Both the position numbers and the translations under genes were made by a program. The notes beneath the pieces were generated by a model that worked only from the letters and a program-made list of their open reading frames with translations, was not told where the DNA came from and ran no database searches. From positions 15,190,001 to 15,254,000 of the forward strand of contig NC_043015.1 of assembly GCF_006345805.1 (NCBI RefSeq): DNA of 64,000 bases. The letters are read 5' to 3'. This stretch comes from Octopus sinensis. Its lineage: Eukaryota. Below, piece by piece: positions 27,337 through 40,927 of the stretch (the first letter of the stretch is position 1; every line of letters begins with the position of its first letter).

Positions 27337-27537
27337 TGGCGAGCTGGCAGAGTTGTTAGAGTGGCGATTCAAATGCGTAGTGATATTTTGTCCGTCTATA
27401 CGAGTTGAGTTCAATATTCCACTGAGGTCTACTTTTCCTGTCATCCTTTCGCGGTCGAGAAGTAAAGTACTGGGGTCAATGTAATCGATTAGCCTTCTCC
27501 CACACAATTTCAGGCCTTGTGCCTATGGTAGAAATGA
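27337..27537 (+). mobile_element. SINE family B
   Basis: ggcgagctggcagagttgttag head; tail ggccttgtgcctatggtagaaa. Confidence 0.85.
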
Positions 27538-29277
27538 CATTATATATTACTGAGTGGAGAATTCCACGAAGCCAAATAATACAGTCATTAATTTTAAAGT
27601 TATCCTTTGTTTATATTTTTAGAAGTTATCTTTAAACTGAGATCATCACCAGCAGTGAGCAATATCTGTGACAAAGACACATATCAACAACGTAGTCTAC
27701 CGAACCGCAACCATGTACCACTGAGTAGTATAAATTTCCTATTCAGTAATTGTTAATGTGTGATTTATTGGCTTAGACATGAATTCAGTTCTTCTCACAA
27801 GAAAACTTATCTACGATCGACTGTCTCCTATCCAGAAGAGTTACTTATCGTTTTTTAACACTATAAATGAAAATAAATGAAATATAGAGGTATGTATGGG
27901 TTCAATAACTTTTCGCAATCCAGGAATAAACAAAAGAGTTTTTTTTAATCTCAAAACTGTGGCTTTCAGCAGTGTTTATATTATGAATATATTTAAATTA
28001 GTTAAATTACTAGCAAGCTCGCTTGCAATGCTGCGCTGGGCAAACATTTATGGAATTAATTTGCATTTTCTGATCTCAAAATTGCAAATGAAGAGACACC
28101 CGGAAAAATTTGTAATGCATAGATCTATGCATATGTTTAGTCAAATGTGACACTCGGAGTATCGGCAGAGGGAATTGTCGCTTTTCAGTAAGTAAATTAA
28201 CATCCCAGTACTGCAGCTTTTCTTGTGTGTTACTATATTTCGTATATTTGACACAATATAATGCATTCAAATAAATAAATAAATAAGATACGATCAGTGA
28301 TATACTAGAAATAATGTAATTCAGAACAGACAATATAAGAAAGAATACATTATATGTTTGCTTAACGACTCAGTGAGAAGAGTGGTGCAGTTGAAGCGTG
28401 CTGGGCCCATATCCTGGAGATCCATAGATCGAAAATACGCTCTGTGGAGAAACCGCAACTGTTTTTGATATTCATACATCGAAACTGGGCTGTCTACAAA
28501 TGTACGTACCAATTTTATTTTGCAAAGGATCATCAACTAACCAGGATACCCCAAAACTCAACTAGCGCAGCGGGCAAGGACGACTGTATCAACAAGACAT
28601 TTCGCTTAGTATATCGGATAACAAATGAAACCGATGTAAACTCTACATCCCAGGATGGCAATTGACATAATGTGAGCATTTTAGAATTCAAGCTGCTAGA
28701 AAATATTTCATTCCATATCATTCTATGTATCGTCCCTTATTATACTACGAAATTCCTTATTAATAAAAGGGACAATAAAACATATAAGGCTTAAATCATA
28801 CTTTAAAAATTCCTGTCATGCCTAGAAACCCTTGTCAACGAGCCATTTCAGAACCACTGACTCAAACGTTTGACAAAGTCTTCAAAATGACGAGATATTG
28901 TATTTCAAGGAGGTTGTGCAAACAATGTACCACGCCAATCGTAGGAAAATATTGACGTAAGTACCCAAAAAGTCAATCAGACATTTAAACTGAAAAAAAA
29001 AAAAGAATGCGATATTTCATGCACAAAAGCAAATTTTCCAAAACACGCAACAACAACTGATGCAGTCATTTGCGACAATAAGAGAAACGCGCAAGTTACA
29101 GAAGCCAGCAGAACAGCAGAAATGGTTATCTTATCTAAAGTAAGACCAAGGTGTACACCCAGTAACTCAATTTGCGGATACCTATAATTATCGGAGATTT
29201 TCTTTGAGTCATTCAGTCTTTAAGTTACTAAAAATTCGGTGGTTCTCAAACTGCATACCGTTGATATTTTAAGTTAT

Positions 29278-29462
29278 ATATTTCTTTATTATCCACAAGG
29301 GGCTAAACACAGAGGGGACAAACAAGGACAGACAGACGGATTAAGTCGATTACATCGACCCCAGTGCGTAACTGGTACTTAATTTATCAACCCCGAAAGG
29401 ATGAAAGGCAAAGTCGACCTCGGCGGAATTTGAACTCAGAACGTAGCAGCAGACGAAATACG
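29278..29462 (-). mobile_element. SINE family B, 3' portion (interrupted by the Tx1 LINE)
   Basis: Continues at 34722-34782; duplicated gcagacgaaatacg at 29449-29462 and 34722-34735. Confidence 0.92.
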
Positions 29463-29989
29463 AATTTCTTTATTGCCCACCGGGGGCCAAACATAGATAT
29501 GGACAGTACAACTGATGGGATCAGTGAATCGATATGATTTTACATAATGTGACTTTAAAAATAAAATACAGTACATAAAAAATCGAATGGAATACACAGT
29601 ACAGAAACAATACAAATGAAGCGATGATCAAGTTACGCTCCGATCCCACAAGCCCCGATCTACCGCTGATACCTTTTTATTTTTCCTTTTTTTCCCGTCT
29701 ATTCACACATTTCCTTGCACACACAACACTCGTGCAACATGCTTCCATCTCTTTTGGAACGTACACTCCGACAGACACCTCTTCTCCAGCCACAGTTTCC
29801 TTTTCAAATGAGAAGAAGAAAAAAGATCGTAAATTGTGACCAGAGATAAAGTTGCCTGTCTTAATTCCTTTTATCCTAGTCTTCCATACAGCCTCTTTTG
29901 CTATTGCTACAACCGTGAGAAAACAATTCTTACCTTCGTTCGTTAGAACTCCCGGTGGGTCAATTTTTATAATTGACTCAGTCTTCCTT

Positions 29990-32900
29990 CGCCGGACAAC
30001 AGGTGTTCAGCATAAGCCCACATTTCAGTTATCTCCGGACACTGAACAATAGCGTGTGGGACGGTTTCCCTGCCCCCCCCCCGCATCTTGGACAGGTCGG
30101 CGACTGACGTTTACCCTGTCTTGCGAGCTTATCCCAAACGGGCAAGGCACCTCTGTAGCATTGCCAGGTTAAGGACTTTTGGAAGTTGTCCAACGTTCTC
30201 AACCCGAATGTACGATGAAACAAGCTGTCCAGTTGAATAAATCCGAGACCTAGAGTCGACCCCAGGCCATCGTCGCATTCAGATTCTACCAACCCACTAT
30301 ATAAAATCCGTGTGGAACCCCCACCGCTGGCGTTGCCCGAGCGCTGGAACAGCAAGAGGGCCTTACGGCACTCTTTATGCCACTCACTCGACCTCGGTCT
30401 ACGAGAACACCAGGCTTCCTGTTCGCAAAAACTCTTGAACTCAGGGAACATTTGTCTGGCTAGCGGAGACCACACCCGTTCACTATCCAGGAGAATCCAG
30501 AGGTGCCTCAACCTCAACGCATGTCTGCGCATCATTAACCAAGGCATCCCTAAACCTCCTTTTAAAGGCTTTTGACAGCAGACAAGTGGCGATCTGCCCT
30601 TCCTCAAAAAGCGAAAGAGCTGTCTCTCCAACCTGATCAACCACGAATCCGGACAGGGCACGACGGTCAGGCGGTAGGTAATGACCGATGCGATTGGCCA
30701 CCTCCGCCCTCCCTTTCAGGGATAGCCACCGCCAAGACCAGGTCTTGACTACTGCAGCCACCCTGCTCAATACCTCCGTCCAGTTCTTCTCTATCTGGAG
30801 GCCTGGTCCAAACCAGACTCCCAGCAACTTAACCGGTCCCTCCGTCCAGCGCCCAACAACGCTGTCTGAAGGCATCGACTTGCCAACCCAGGTGCCGAGC
30901 TGCAAGCCGACCGACTTTTCCCGGTTAATCTTTGCTCCTGCTACCTCCTCGTAAGCCTCAATAGTCTTACTTACTTCACGTAGGCGTGCTACTGTGGTTA
31001 CACTGATAGTGATATAATCCGCGAAAGCCGTAACAAACTCCTCTAGTCCTGGTTCTCTCGGGATGCCACTCAACCTTCGTAGTAATGGCTCGAGAGCCAT
31101 CACATACAAAAGTGGTGAAAGCGGACATCCTTGACGAACCGAGCGTTTGATGCAGAACGGCTTCGAAAGGAAACCGGTCACCCGAACTATCGAGTCAATG
31201 TTGTGGTACAAAGCGATAAACCACCTGAGGAAGCCAAGACCCAGGCCAAACCGCGCAAGTACAGTCGCTAGGTATCGATGGTCAAACCCTATCAAAAGCT
31301 TTAGACTGGTCCAAATGCACCAATGCTCCACCTTTGCCAGATTTATTACCAACCCTCTCTATGGTATAGCGAATAAGATGGAGTGTATCCTGAATGGTTC
31401 TGCCTGGGATGGCACATGTCTGTGCCTCCCCGACTATACCATTCGCGACACGCGCCAACCTTTTTGCAAGAACCTTGGCCAAAATCTTCACTTCTGCATT
31501 TAACAGAGTGATGGGCCTGAAATTCTCTAGAACGTTCCCCTTGTCCGGGTCCTTTCTGACCAACGTCACTACTCCTCGGCGTACAGATCTGGGGATAAAC
31601 CCATTCTGTTTCCAGTTCGCGTACACGTCAGTCAGTAGTTGCCCGAACAAGTCTGGCATACATTTATACAGCTCGTACGGAAGACCATCAAGTCCCGGTG
31701 ACTTACCCGCTTTACAATCGGTCAAAGCCTCCGTCACCTCCTCAGGTGTGATTGGCCCTTCGCAAGACTCCGCATCCGACCCCGAGAGGCACGGCAGCCC
31801 GCAAGAAAGTCCTCGAGGGCTCTCCCACCACCAGGACCGCCGTCACCCTCGAACAGCTGGGCGAAGTATTCCCGAAAGACCTCACACATTTTCTCGGGTT
31901 CGTTTACCAAGACACCATTTTGATTCGTCAAAGACCGAATAGAGGAACTATTTCCTTGCCGAGCTTCCACCACTCGGGCCCATCCAGCGGCCTTGATTCC
32001 TTCACTTCCCATTGCACGTAACTTAGCTCTGGCAAAACTTCCCATGTGGTGGGCTTCAAGATGCTGGTTTAACTCCAGTCTTTTCACCCTCGCTCGGTCT
32101 GTATTACCAGTCCTCCAGGTTTCTTCTAGTTCCTTAACTAGACCATCTCCTATTTTACATCCCTTCTTAGCTAAACTTATGCTAAACCTAATACACTCAT
32201 ATTTGATGGCTCTTTTTAGGGCGTACCACCATTTGTTATTAATGATGGTACCTGTTAATGCCCTCTGTATTAACATCTTGATCCGCTTTCTGTACTCCTC
32301 AATCGCCAAAAGGACGTATTGAGTTTCCTGTAGCCAGATCCCTGTCTATGCAACTTATCTACCGTCAGTTTACAGGTAACCATCTTGTGGTCACTGTAAC
32401 TGACTAGAAAAAACTGTGGACACTCAACTATGGGCTTATCTTTTTCTCTAATTAAAATACTATCTAGATATGTTCTGGTAGACCCGTCACTATTTGACCA
32501 TCTCCACTGTGGAGTGTTCGGGTGCTCCAACCTATATGGATCTGCTAGCTGAAATTGACTTAGCAGATCACGAAAACCTGGGTTACATTTTCTGTTCATG
32601 TTCGAGCTCGAGCCAACACAATCTGTGTGTGCTGCACATATTGTATTAGAGTCTCCTAACACTACTAGTGAATGCGACGTGGCTAGGAACTTTCCCAGGT
32701 CACGAAAATATTCAGTTTGCGGGTCAATAATGTTTGGTGCGTAAAATAGCGACCAGCCTGATTGTCTTGCCACAACTGAATGTCAAGTCGAGAACGACCA
32801 GCCTGCCTTTTGGGTCGGAAAAAACCAACTTTTTCTCGGCTACCCGGTTTCTTTTTAGTAGGACCAACACCCCACCCCCACCTCCTGCCCGAATCGGAGA

Positions 32901-33074
32901 AACGTATTTCTCGTAGCCGTTCAGGAGGGGGAGCAGATCTCTTGGCCCCTTCACCCGGGTTTCCGTTGCAACAATTACATCCAAATTTCTCGACCTGATG
33001 TCATTTAGAAAGTGTCCTTGCTTCCAGCTTGACAACAGGCTACGAACATTTATACAACCAATGTGAATAGACAT
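29990..33074 (-). pseudogene. Tx1/L1 ORF2 (APE endonuclease plus reverse transcriptase), frameshifted
   Basis: IGCINVRSL...VATETR, LVVLGDSN, SDHKMV, KSPGLDGLP, FRPITLLN, DQSKAFDRV, VRQGCPLSPLLY, AFADY (YADD disrupted), CPRC; spread over at least six ORF fragments. Confidence 0.93.
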
Positions 33075-33085
33075 GACTTACCTGT

Positions 33086-34543
33086 TTAATCAGGATTGTC
33101 CTGTGGAGGGGGACCCTCCACCTTTTTTTGATCCAGGGTCGGAGGTGGACGATCTTGGGAAATAGATTTGTCAAAATCCCGTCTCACCACCGACACAGAA
33201 TTATCAGGTGGAGGGGGAATCTCCACCTTTTCCTTTTCTCGCGGGATCGGGGCTGGTAATCCATGAAATATCGACTTGTTAAAATCTAATCTCAATGAAG
33301 ATACTGTCTTTCTGTATTTGTTTTGTAAAATTCTATGAGTTTTATTTGAGACTTCATATATGTCATAATTGATAAATTCCTCTGAAAGGTTATCTATTTT
33401 TTTTACAGTCTTTATCAGTTGAATGTCTCTCATGAGCTCAGTATCTTTAGTGTATACGGCTATTATGCCTTTTTCTTCTTTTTCTCTTCTGGCAGTCTTT
33501 TTTGGTCGTTGTTCTGTAGTAGTCGCCGCTCTCGGCTGAGTTGCTGGTTGTATTTAATTTTGTTTGTTGTTTTTTTCTCATCTGTTTCTTCTTTTTCTTC
33601 TTCCTCTTTGTCTTTTTTCTCCTCTTCCTCCTCTTCTTCATTTTCCTTGCAGTTCCTTCGAATGTGGCCTAATTGACCACATAAAAAACATCGAGGTTTT
33701 TGGCCCTCAACAAACACCACGAGGTTCTCCTCCCCTACCTCAATTGTCTCGGGAATTGCTTGAATTATTTTAGGGTCCGCTTGAATGAGAAGATTAATTG
33801 TTTGACCATCCCAGCGTGGGTTTTCCGTAGCGGTAGCCTGGAGAAGAGTAATTTTTATTCTGGACGTTCTCATCCCCATACAATAGGGGATGAGCTCCAC
33901 GTCGTTCGTTTTCAGCGTTTCTACTGAGTTCTTGTGTGCTATTTCTTTATTGGTGAACCTTACTTCTACCGTTCCGAATTTCTTGCCTCTTCTCAGATAA
34001 ACTACGTCGCCCCATATTGGCTTTAAGCACTTTTCTATTTTCTCTTCTGACATTCTTTCAATTTTTCTTTTTTGTAGACAATATGTTTTGAAAATTATTG
34101 TTTTTTGCTTTTCTTCTTGTAATAACTTTTGCGGAGGTTCAATTTTCACACCGTTGTCAGTTATTTTCATCATTCGGCTGTATTTCATAAAGTCGCTTTT
34201 ATTCGTCGACAGCAGCCGAGTTCCACCCCCAGCAGCCAACACAAACCTTTTTTCCCATTTTTTGGTTCTGTCTGAATGCTAGGTACATCAATTATTATTT
34301 TCGACACAATGCCTTTGTTCTCTGGCAAAGTCGGAAACTCTTCTGGTGAAAGTTCTGACAAGCTTTCAGACAGCTCTCCAAAAAAATCAAATATATTATC
34401 TATTCTGCTATTCTTTCTTGTAGCGGGGGAAACCCTTATTTCCCTGTCTGTAGTTGGCTCCTCGCCGGACATGTATTTCCTCCTCTCAACAGGAGAAACA
34501 AGTATTTTTGCTCCAACAGTAGGCTCCATGCTAGACGACATTC
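33086..34543 (-). pseudogene. Tx1/L1 ORF1 (gag-like), frameshifted
   Basis: ORFs 34185-34568, 33463-34242 (CFLCGQLGHIRRNC CCHC knuckle, acidic/basic tract) and 33086-33433 join with two frameshifts; stop lies ~12 nt before the ORF2 ATG. Confidence 0.85.
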
Positions 34544-34721
34544 TTCCTCCCAAAGGGGGAATGAACAACGCGTGCTACTACAAGCACTAAGTGTTTTCAA
34601 ATGAAAACTCCAACAGTTAAGTTATTCAACAGTTTAACAAGAAACAACAGTTATTAGAAACAGCAGTTATTAACAATATTAACACCAAGAAGCAACAATT
34701 TTTACCACGAACACATGTGCG

Positions 34722-34782
34722 GCAGACGAAATACGGCTACGCATTTCGCCCGGTGTGCTAACGTTTCTGCCAGCTCGCCGCC
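34722..34782 (-). mobile_element. SINE family B, 5' head (other half of 29278-29462)
   Basis: Reverse complement ggcggcgagctggcagaaacgttagcacaccgggcgaaatgcgtagccgtatttcgtctgc. Confidence 0.92.
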
Positions 34783-34897
34783 TTTGATATTTTAAAATAT
34801 AATTAATACTTCAGAAAATCTTTACTTACGATTGAATGTCTTGGAAATAAAGCGCTGTTCATATTTTTTTTTATACATAGATATAAGTATAGTCAAA

Positions 34898-35367
34898 GGC
34901 GTAGCTGTGTGGTAAAATGCTTGCTTCCGAATCACTTGGTTTCGGGTTTAGACCTACTGCGTGGTAAAAAGCTTGCTTCCTAACCAAATGGTTCTGGTTT
35001 CAGTCCTACTGCGTGGCACTTTGGGCGAGTGTCTTCTACTACGGTCTCGGGTCGACCAAAGTCTTGTGAGTAGATTTGGTGGATGGAAACTGGAAGAAGC
35101 TTGCCACACACACACACACACACACACGTTGTATGTGTGTTCGTTTTTGTGTTGGTTCCCCACAACCAGTATTGGTGTATTTACGTCCCCTTAACTAAGT
35201 AGTTCAGCAAAACCGACGGATAGAACAAGTACCAGGCTTAACAATAAATATTTAAATAAATAAACTAAAGTAATAAATACTGGGGTATTTATTCGACTAA
35301 AATTTCTTCAAGGCGGTGCCCCAGCGTGGCCGCAATCTAATGTCTGAAACAAGTAAAGGATAAAAGA
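34898..35367 (+). mobile_element. SINE family A with tandemly duplicated head
   Basis: gtggtaaaa.gcttgcttcc... head occurs twice (~34906 and ~34960), then normal body and tail. Confidence 0.88.
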
Positions 35368-36881
35368 TAAGTATGATTACTAAAACAAGGAATAGTTTTG
35401 TATATATTTCGAAATTTTAAGCTTTAAAAAAGAAAAAAATTGCTTCCAGTGCGTTGCGAAGTTACAATCGATTGAGAATCTTTGGTTTACATATTTTAAA
35501 ATTTGAATCTTGGGGAAAGAAGACAATTCAGTCTTCGTAATTAAAGAATAAGAATATGTTTTCTAAAGTTCAACATTTTAATATATCGTTGTCTTAATTT
35601 CGATGAAGAAACACTCGAACACTTACGATGTTTTCCATATTTCAGCACACACCATCATACAGAACTTTATGTCATTGGTCTGGTGCAGTTTTAAAATAAA
35701 TTTAGTACAACCTTTTAAATACAAATATTAAAAGCAATCTTGAGGGGAGGGAATTAGTCGATCAGATCGTCCCCAGTGTTTGACTTGTGCTTAATATCAT
35801 CTACCGCAGAGGGGAAAAACAAAGCTGGTCGCGGTGGGATTTGAACTCAGCCGGAAGAAATTTGTCTGCCAACTTCATCACCCTAATATTATATATAAAT
35901 TTTTAAAATGAAGCCTTCAGAAACTAAAAAGAAGGAAAACAGTATGAATCTAGTCTCTCACAGTTCATCAGGGTATCCTATCGCCTAATAATCACATTGG
36001 CTCCACTTTCCAAGCAAAACCTGATCATGAAAGAAAAGATCAAAGCCTTTCAATATTGTATTTCTACATTTCCTTCGAATTGATTTCTATGTCCGACATG
36101 GCAACAATTACACAGTCCCAACTGTAGGAAATCAAGATTTAAGGAATTTTTTTCAAGATTTACACGTCAATGTAAAGCGAGTTTTTGTCGCTATAAATGT
36201 TTAGCTAAGAAGCTGACAGCTAACTTAGTTTCTATCGGTAGTGTTTGATAACCAGCAGCTTATTTCGGCAAACTTAAATTTCAGTTTAGCAACCCTATTA
36301 TGTCTCGTTAAAATTCTAAAGAACATGTGTTACTACTCACCATTCTTTTTCTTTTCAAATTACTTTAGGCTGTCAGCAATTACTGCACATTTGACAATTC
36401 TTTTGATGGAAATCTTACAATCGGTGTTAAAAAAACAAAGAAAAATATATAAACACTTCTTAAGCTTCATCTCTTTTCATTTCAAATTTATTTTCTTCGT
36501 CTCTAGTCTCTTTATCCTTCAAACGCTTTTTCTTTGTTTGCTATTATATACTATAATGTACCATAACTAATACTGGTAGCACTCACAAAACCACTGCATT
36601 CTATTACTTCACTACTCCTACATCACCCTCACTGCTACTACTACAATTATTAACACATTTTGTGAAGTGTAATGTTAGTGATAATTTAATAATACCGACG
36701 CTGGTGGGATATTACGCAAAACAAACCTTAGATAAATCCAAATGAAGTATTCTAAATCATTAAGAATTCAGTTTCTCTGTTGTATACTCAGGTGATGGCG
36801 GTGGAGGTTTATAAATCATCAAAAGGAAAAAAAGTGAAATTATGACGTTCGACCATTCTGGGATTACAATGTCCGCTAAAC

Positions 36882-37585
36882 CAGTGGTTCTCAAACATTT
36901 TTTATCTATGGATCACTTTGATTCTTATTTTATTCTAGTGGACCCCCATAGCCAATCGATGTTTAAAAACTAGTTATATAAATACTTTTTTCAAAATTCT
37001 CATTTTGTTTTTCAGATATTAACTTGTGTAGGTTGAACTATACAGGCTGATTCAAAAATCGCCATACATACGCACGAAAGATTTTTTTTTTATAAGAAAC
37101 GGTTTATAAGAACAGTTTTTTTTATTTAACAGGCTCTATATGGTTACCATTGTTTTGAATACACATTGCAATACGTTTACCCAACTCATTGTGAACTCGT
37201 AATAGCATATCTGGTGATACTTGTGCAAATAAGTAGGTGATGCGTTCCTTCAAATGATTTATCTTTTTTATCTTTTCGCGATACACCATGCCTTTCAAAT
37301 GCCCACAAAGATAGAAATCAAGAGGGCTCAGATCAGGAGATCTAGAGCATCTTATGAACTGTTTCATATAAAAGAATAAATTTTTCCTATGTATGGAGAC
37401 TTTTGAATCACCCTGTTTAGAGAAAGAAACCTAGTTGTTTCTTCCTATAAATACATCTAAATTATTTTTTTTCATAGACCTTTAATATACTTCTGTGTGT
37501 ATCCAGTTTACTATTTTGCTTGCGTGGACCACCAAAATCTTAAATGAACCCCAAAATCTTAATCGAGCCCGGTTAAGAACCACTG
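36882..37585. mobile_element. hAT-type MITE hosting a nested mariner derivative
   Basis: TIRs cagtggttctcaaac / gttaagaaccactg; 8-bp TSD cgctaaac / cgctaaat. Confidence 0.88.
37043..37415 (-). mobile_element. Tc1/mariner internal-deletion derivative
   Basis: ~28-bp TIRs caggctgattcaaaaatcgccatacata / tatgtatggagacttttgaatcaccctg; retains RSPDLSPLDFYLCGHLK...GNHIE C-terminus. Confidence 0.92.
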
Positions 37586-39234
37586 CGCTAAATAAACCTT
37601 TCTTTACACAAAAAGTCACCTTTAAATTTGAGATATAGTTTATTGAGTCTGATAATTATCTTATCGTCTTAAGCGCAATTTGAACCGCGAACTGCGAGGT
37701 ACCAATATTAAAATTGTAAATAATCTCTTCGGAATTACTGTCTGCACTCATGCACGGTTGTTTGGTACTGCTGCTGCTGCAGCTACATTAACCATGCTCC
37801 AGCGTTAAAGCTATTAGGATGGCTTTATTTTCTTCTTCTTCTTCTTCTTCTAATGCTGCTGCTACTGTCATAGCGAAAGTGATTACCTGGATTTCGGTTT
37901 GTTTCGGAAGGGAGTTTAATATACAGGGAAAAAACATTGAAAGAACAACAATAAAACTAACATTTAAACGAAATCAGAAAAAAAAAATGTAAGGAAGGAA
38001 AATAGAAAAAAAAATTGAAAGAACGTAAGAAATAAAGATGAGAAGAAAAAATAACTAAACAAAAGCATAAACGTCAGAAAGAATTCAATAATTATGAGGG
38101 TCTGTTTAATGTATGAACAGTAAATGTGATAGGTAGACGGGTGCAAGAGTCGTCTGTCATATCTAAACATCCACAATTCATAGCTAAAACGACTCAAAAC
38201 CAACAACGCCGACAGGTGGTAAGAAGTCTGCTTTCAAGTATTCGCCTGTAGCATGACATGGTAATACAATACAGCCTAAGCCAATTATGTGTCCATTAAG
38301 TTGTACGGTGTGGAATCTTCTGGAGGACTTTTGCTACCTCTTGACAATGGAGCTAAAGTTGCCGTCTAATGCAGCTTAATGACAACAATGAACAGAAAAT
38401 GAGCTTAGTGTGACGTCAACAAGCCGGTGACGTTGCTTCTAGATTAAGTTCGATGTTCCGATTTAAGTAGGGTAAAATAACTCGTCTGCTAAACGTCAAA
38501 ATTTCAGCACTTCTTTGCAAGCCAGACAAAGAAGTTATTGTCGGCAAGGTGAAAAGGGTTGTCAACTCTCGCCAAGCGGTTCACTTTCTCGGCAGATCTC
38601 ACATTATACATGAATTGTCCTGTTCAATGGAGGTCTGCAATTGTGTGTCGTCTGCTCCGACTCAGGTTCCGTAGTTGTTTAATTAATTTGTATGGGATAT
38701 CCGACAGACGTCGCTGCTGATTGATCACTCCGGGTGGCCGTCCACTGTAGCTACGTCTGTAGTTAGACATTTTAGATCACCATCTGAAACATTGCTATCA
38801 CTTCTAACGGCAGGGATTTTGTCGCCTCAAAGCCTATAACCCAGGTCACTGTTTTATACAATGAAGTTGCCTGTTTTAATTATCGGATGAAAAGAGAAAA
38901 TGCGATGAAAGTGAGAGTAAAGAAGGGAGAAAGGAGAACGGGAGAGGAAAAAATGTGATGAAACAGAGAGAAAAGTGGGGGATGTAGAGAAAAGACAAAA
39001 AAGAGAGAGGTGACGATAGAGATAGAAAAGAAGATAATAAAGACATTGCTAGCAAGTTAGATAGATAAAAATAAAGGTGATATAGGAAAAAAAGCTAAGA
39101 ATGTGCATGAATGACAGAGAAAGAGCAATAGAGAGAGAGAGAGAGAGGGTCGGAAGGAGAGAAATATGAGAAATGAAAACAGAAGAATGAAAGAGAAAGG
39201 GATCGATATGGTAAAGTTTTCGATAAAATAATCA

Positions 39235-39420
39235 TTTCTAATTCGGGCTCAAAGCCAGTAAATTTGCAATTATATCGATCCCAGTGCTTTATTTTATCAA
39301 TCTCAGTGGAATGAAAGACAAAACTAACACTGACGGGATTTGAGCTCAAGTCATAAAGAGCCAGAAAAATACCACAACACATTTTGACCGACGCTTTAAC
39401 GATTCCTCCAATCTACAGCC
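39235..39420 (-). mobile_element. SINE family B (degenerate)
   Basis: Reverse complement of family B head and body; a similar copy lies at ~35745-35880. Confidence 0.7.
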
Positions 39421-40821
39421 GTGAGGGATCCTATTTATCTTTTGCATGTAAGGTCGATGTTTAAAGATGATAGCGGCATATGTTTTGTGCGAGTAATATA
39501 TCCATACGAAATATACAGTGATGATATCATAAGTAAATGAAAAGCGTCATGGAAAACTTTAGACCGAAGACTATATCAAGTTTAGAAGATTTTAAGACGA
39601 AGGAGATGTACAGTACACGACAGAGTATGTGACAGATTTTTGCCCAAGGAGTTTATACGTGTTGTTGAGATAAGAAACGCTAAGTACTTAACCGTCCTCT
39701 TAAACTATGCGGTACTAACAGGAAAAAATCGTTGCAATCAATGGAATCAAAAGCAGCGAGCTGCAAAATCGTTAACACACTTAACAAAGTACTTAGCAGC
39801 ATTTCTTTCAGCTTTATGTTCAGGGCTCAAATTTTGTCAAAGTCGACTTTTTCCTTTCAACCTTTCGGGGTCGACAAAATAGGTACCAATTGATACAGTG
39901 GTTGCTGTAATCGACTAGCTCATCCCCACCAAATTTCAGACTTTGTCCCGACAGTAGAAAGAACGATTAATGGAATCACATTCAGTTAGTTGTGAGTAAA
40001 CTGAAGTTTAGTAGAACAAAAGAATTACAACACAGCAAAGTTCTTTTTGAGAGATAATGGTTTAATTCATGAAAATCGGCGCTCTAGATTTCATTAATAG
40101 TTCATTTTGATTAAGGATGATCAGATATTTTTTTCCTTTTATTAATTATTGATTTGTTTTGTGGGAATAAACAAACAGGTTACGGAAGAGTCATTTATGA
40201 TGTAACTGAAATGGGATTGTGATTGGGAATCGAAATCGATATATCGAGCTCCGCTTGCTGTAAAGTTTGAGAAATTGCTTTTCATATTCATGTATTATAA
40301 ATTGTTGAAAGGTAAAATAGATTATCGCATGCTCGTTACTTAATAACCATAAACCAGCTAGGAAAGATAGAAAGTAATAGTTTAGGTTCAGCAGTTTATA
40401 TTCAGTCATACTTTGCGTGTTCAATCACACCTTAATGATTTACAGCGAAGCAAACACCATGGAAAAGGAGATAAGCTCTAGTTTGGGCCACAGTGCCACA
40501 AGATCTTTATTCCAATTTGAAATCATAGGAATTAAATTTCTGCTATGCCTTAAGCTACAGGGCTTCTTTGCATGGTAAAAACAGAAACAAAAAATAATAT
40601 TGCTTCAAACCAATTTTTATGACAACATCAAATGGCGAATAGTTTAATTTCCAATGAAAGAAAATCAAAGAATATAAACTTTTCTATACATCTTTTCATT
40701 CACCATCGCTTAATTATGGTAAACATTTATTTATCTCTCTTCTATCGACACAAGGTCTGAAATTTTCGGGGATCTTTTTCTGTTGCTTCTGAAGAAGGTA
40801 TTTCTGCAATCCTATGGTGGA

Positions 40822-40922
<101 letters not shown>

Positions 40923-40927
40923 TTTAA

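Larger units (their letters stand above)
29463..34721 (-). mobile_element. Near full-length Tx1-type L1-clade non-LTR retrotransposon
   Basis: 5' UTR, ORF1 with zinc knuckle, ORF2 (APE-RT-C-terminal Cys motif), 3' UTR and 14-bp TSD. Confidence 0.93.

Noticed and set aside
31394-32322. Long plus-strand ORFs (182, 109 aa and others)
   Set aside because: Antisense shadows of the Tx1 ORF2.
35615-35715. Minus-strand exon-like segment (CTKFILKLHQTNDIKFCMMVCAEIWKT|gtaagt)
   Set aside because: Short, no recognisable homology, compatible with chance.
38300-38800. Complex sequence possibly from a LINE RT
   Set aside because: Motifs too weak to assign by eye.
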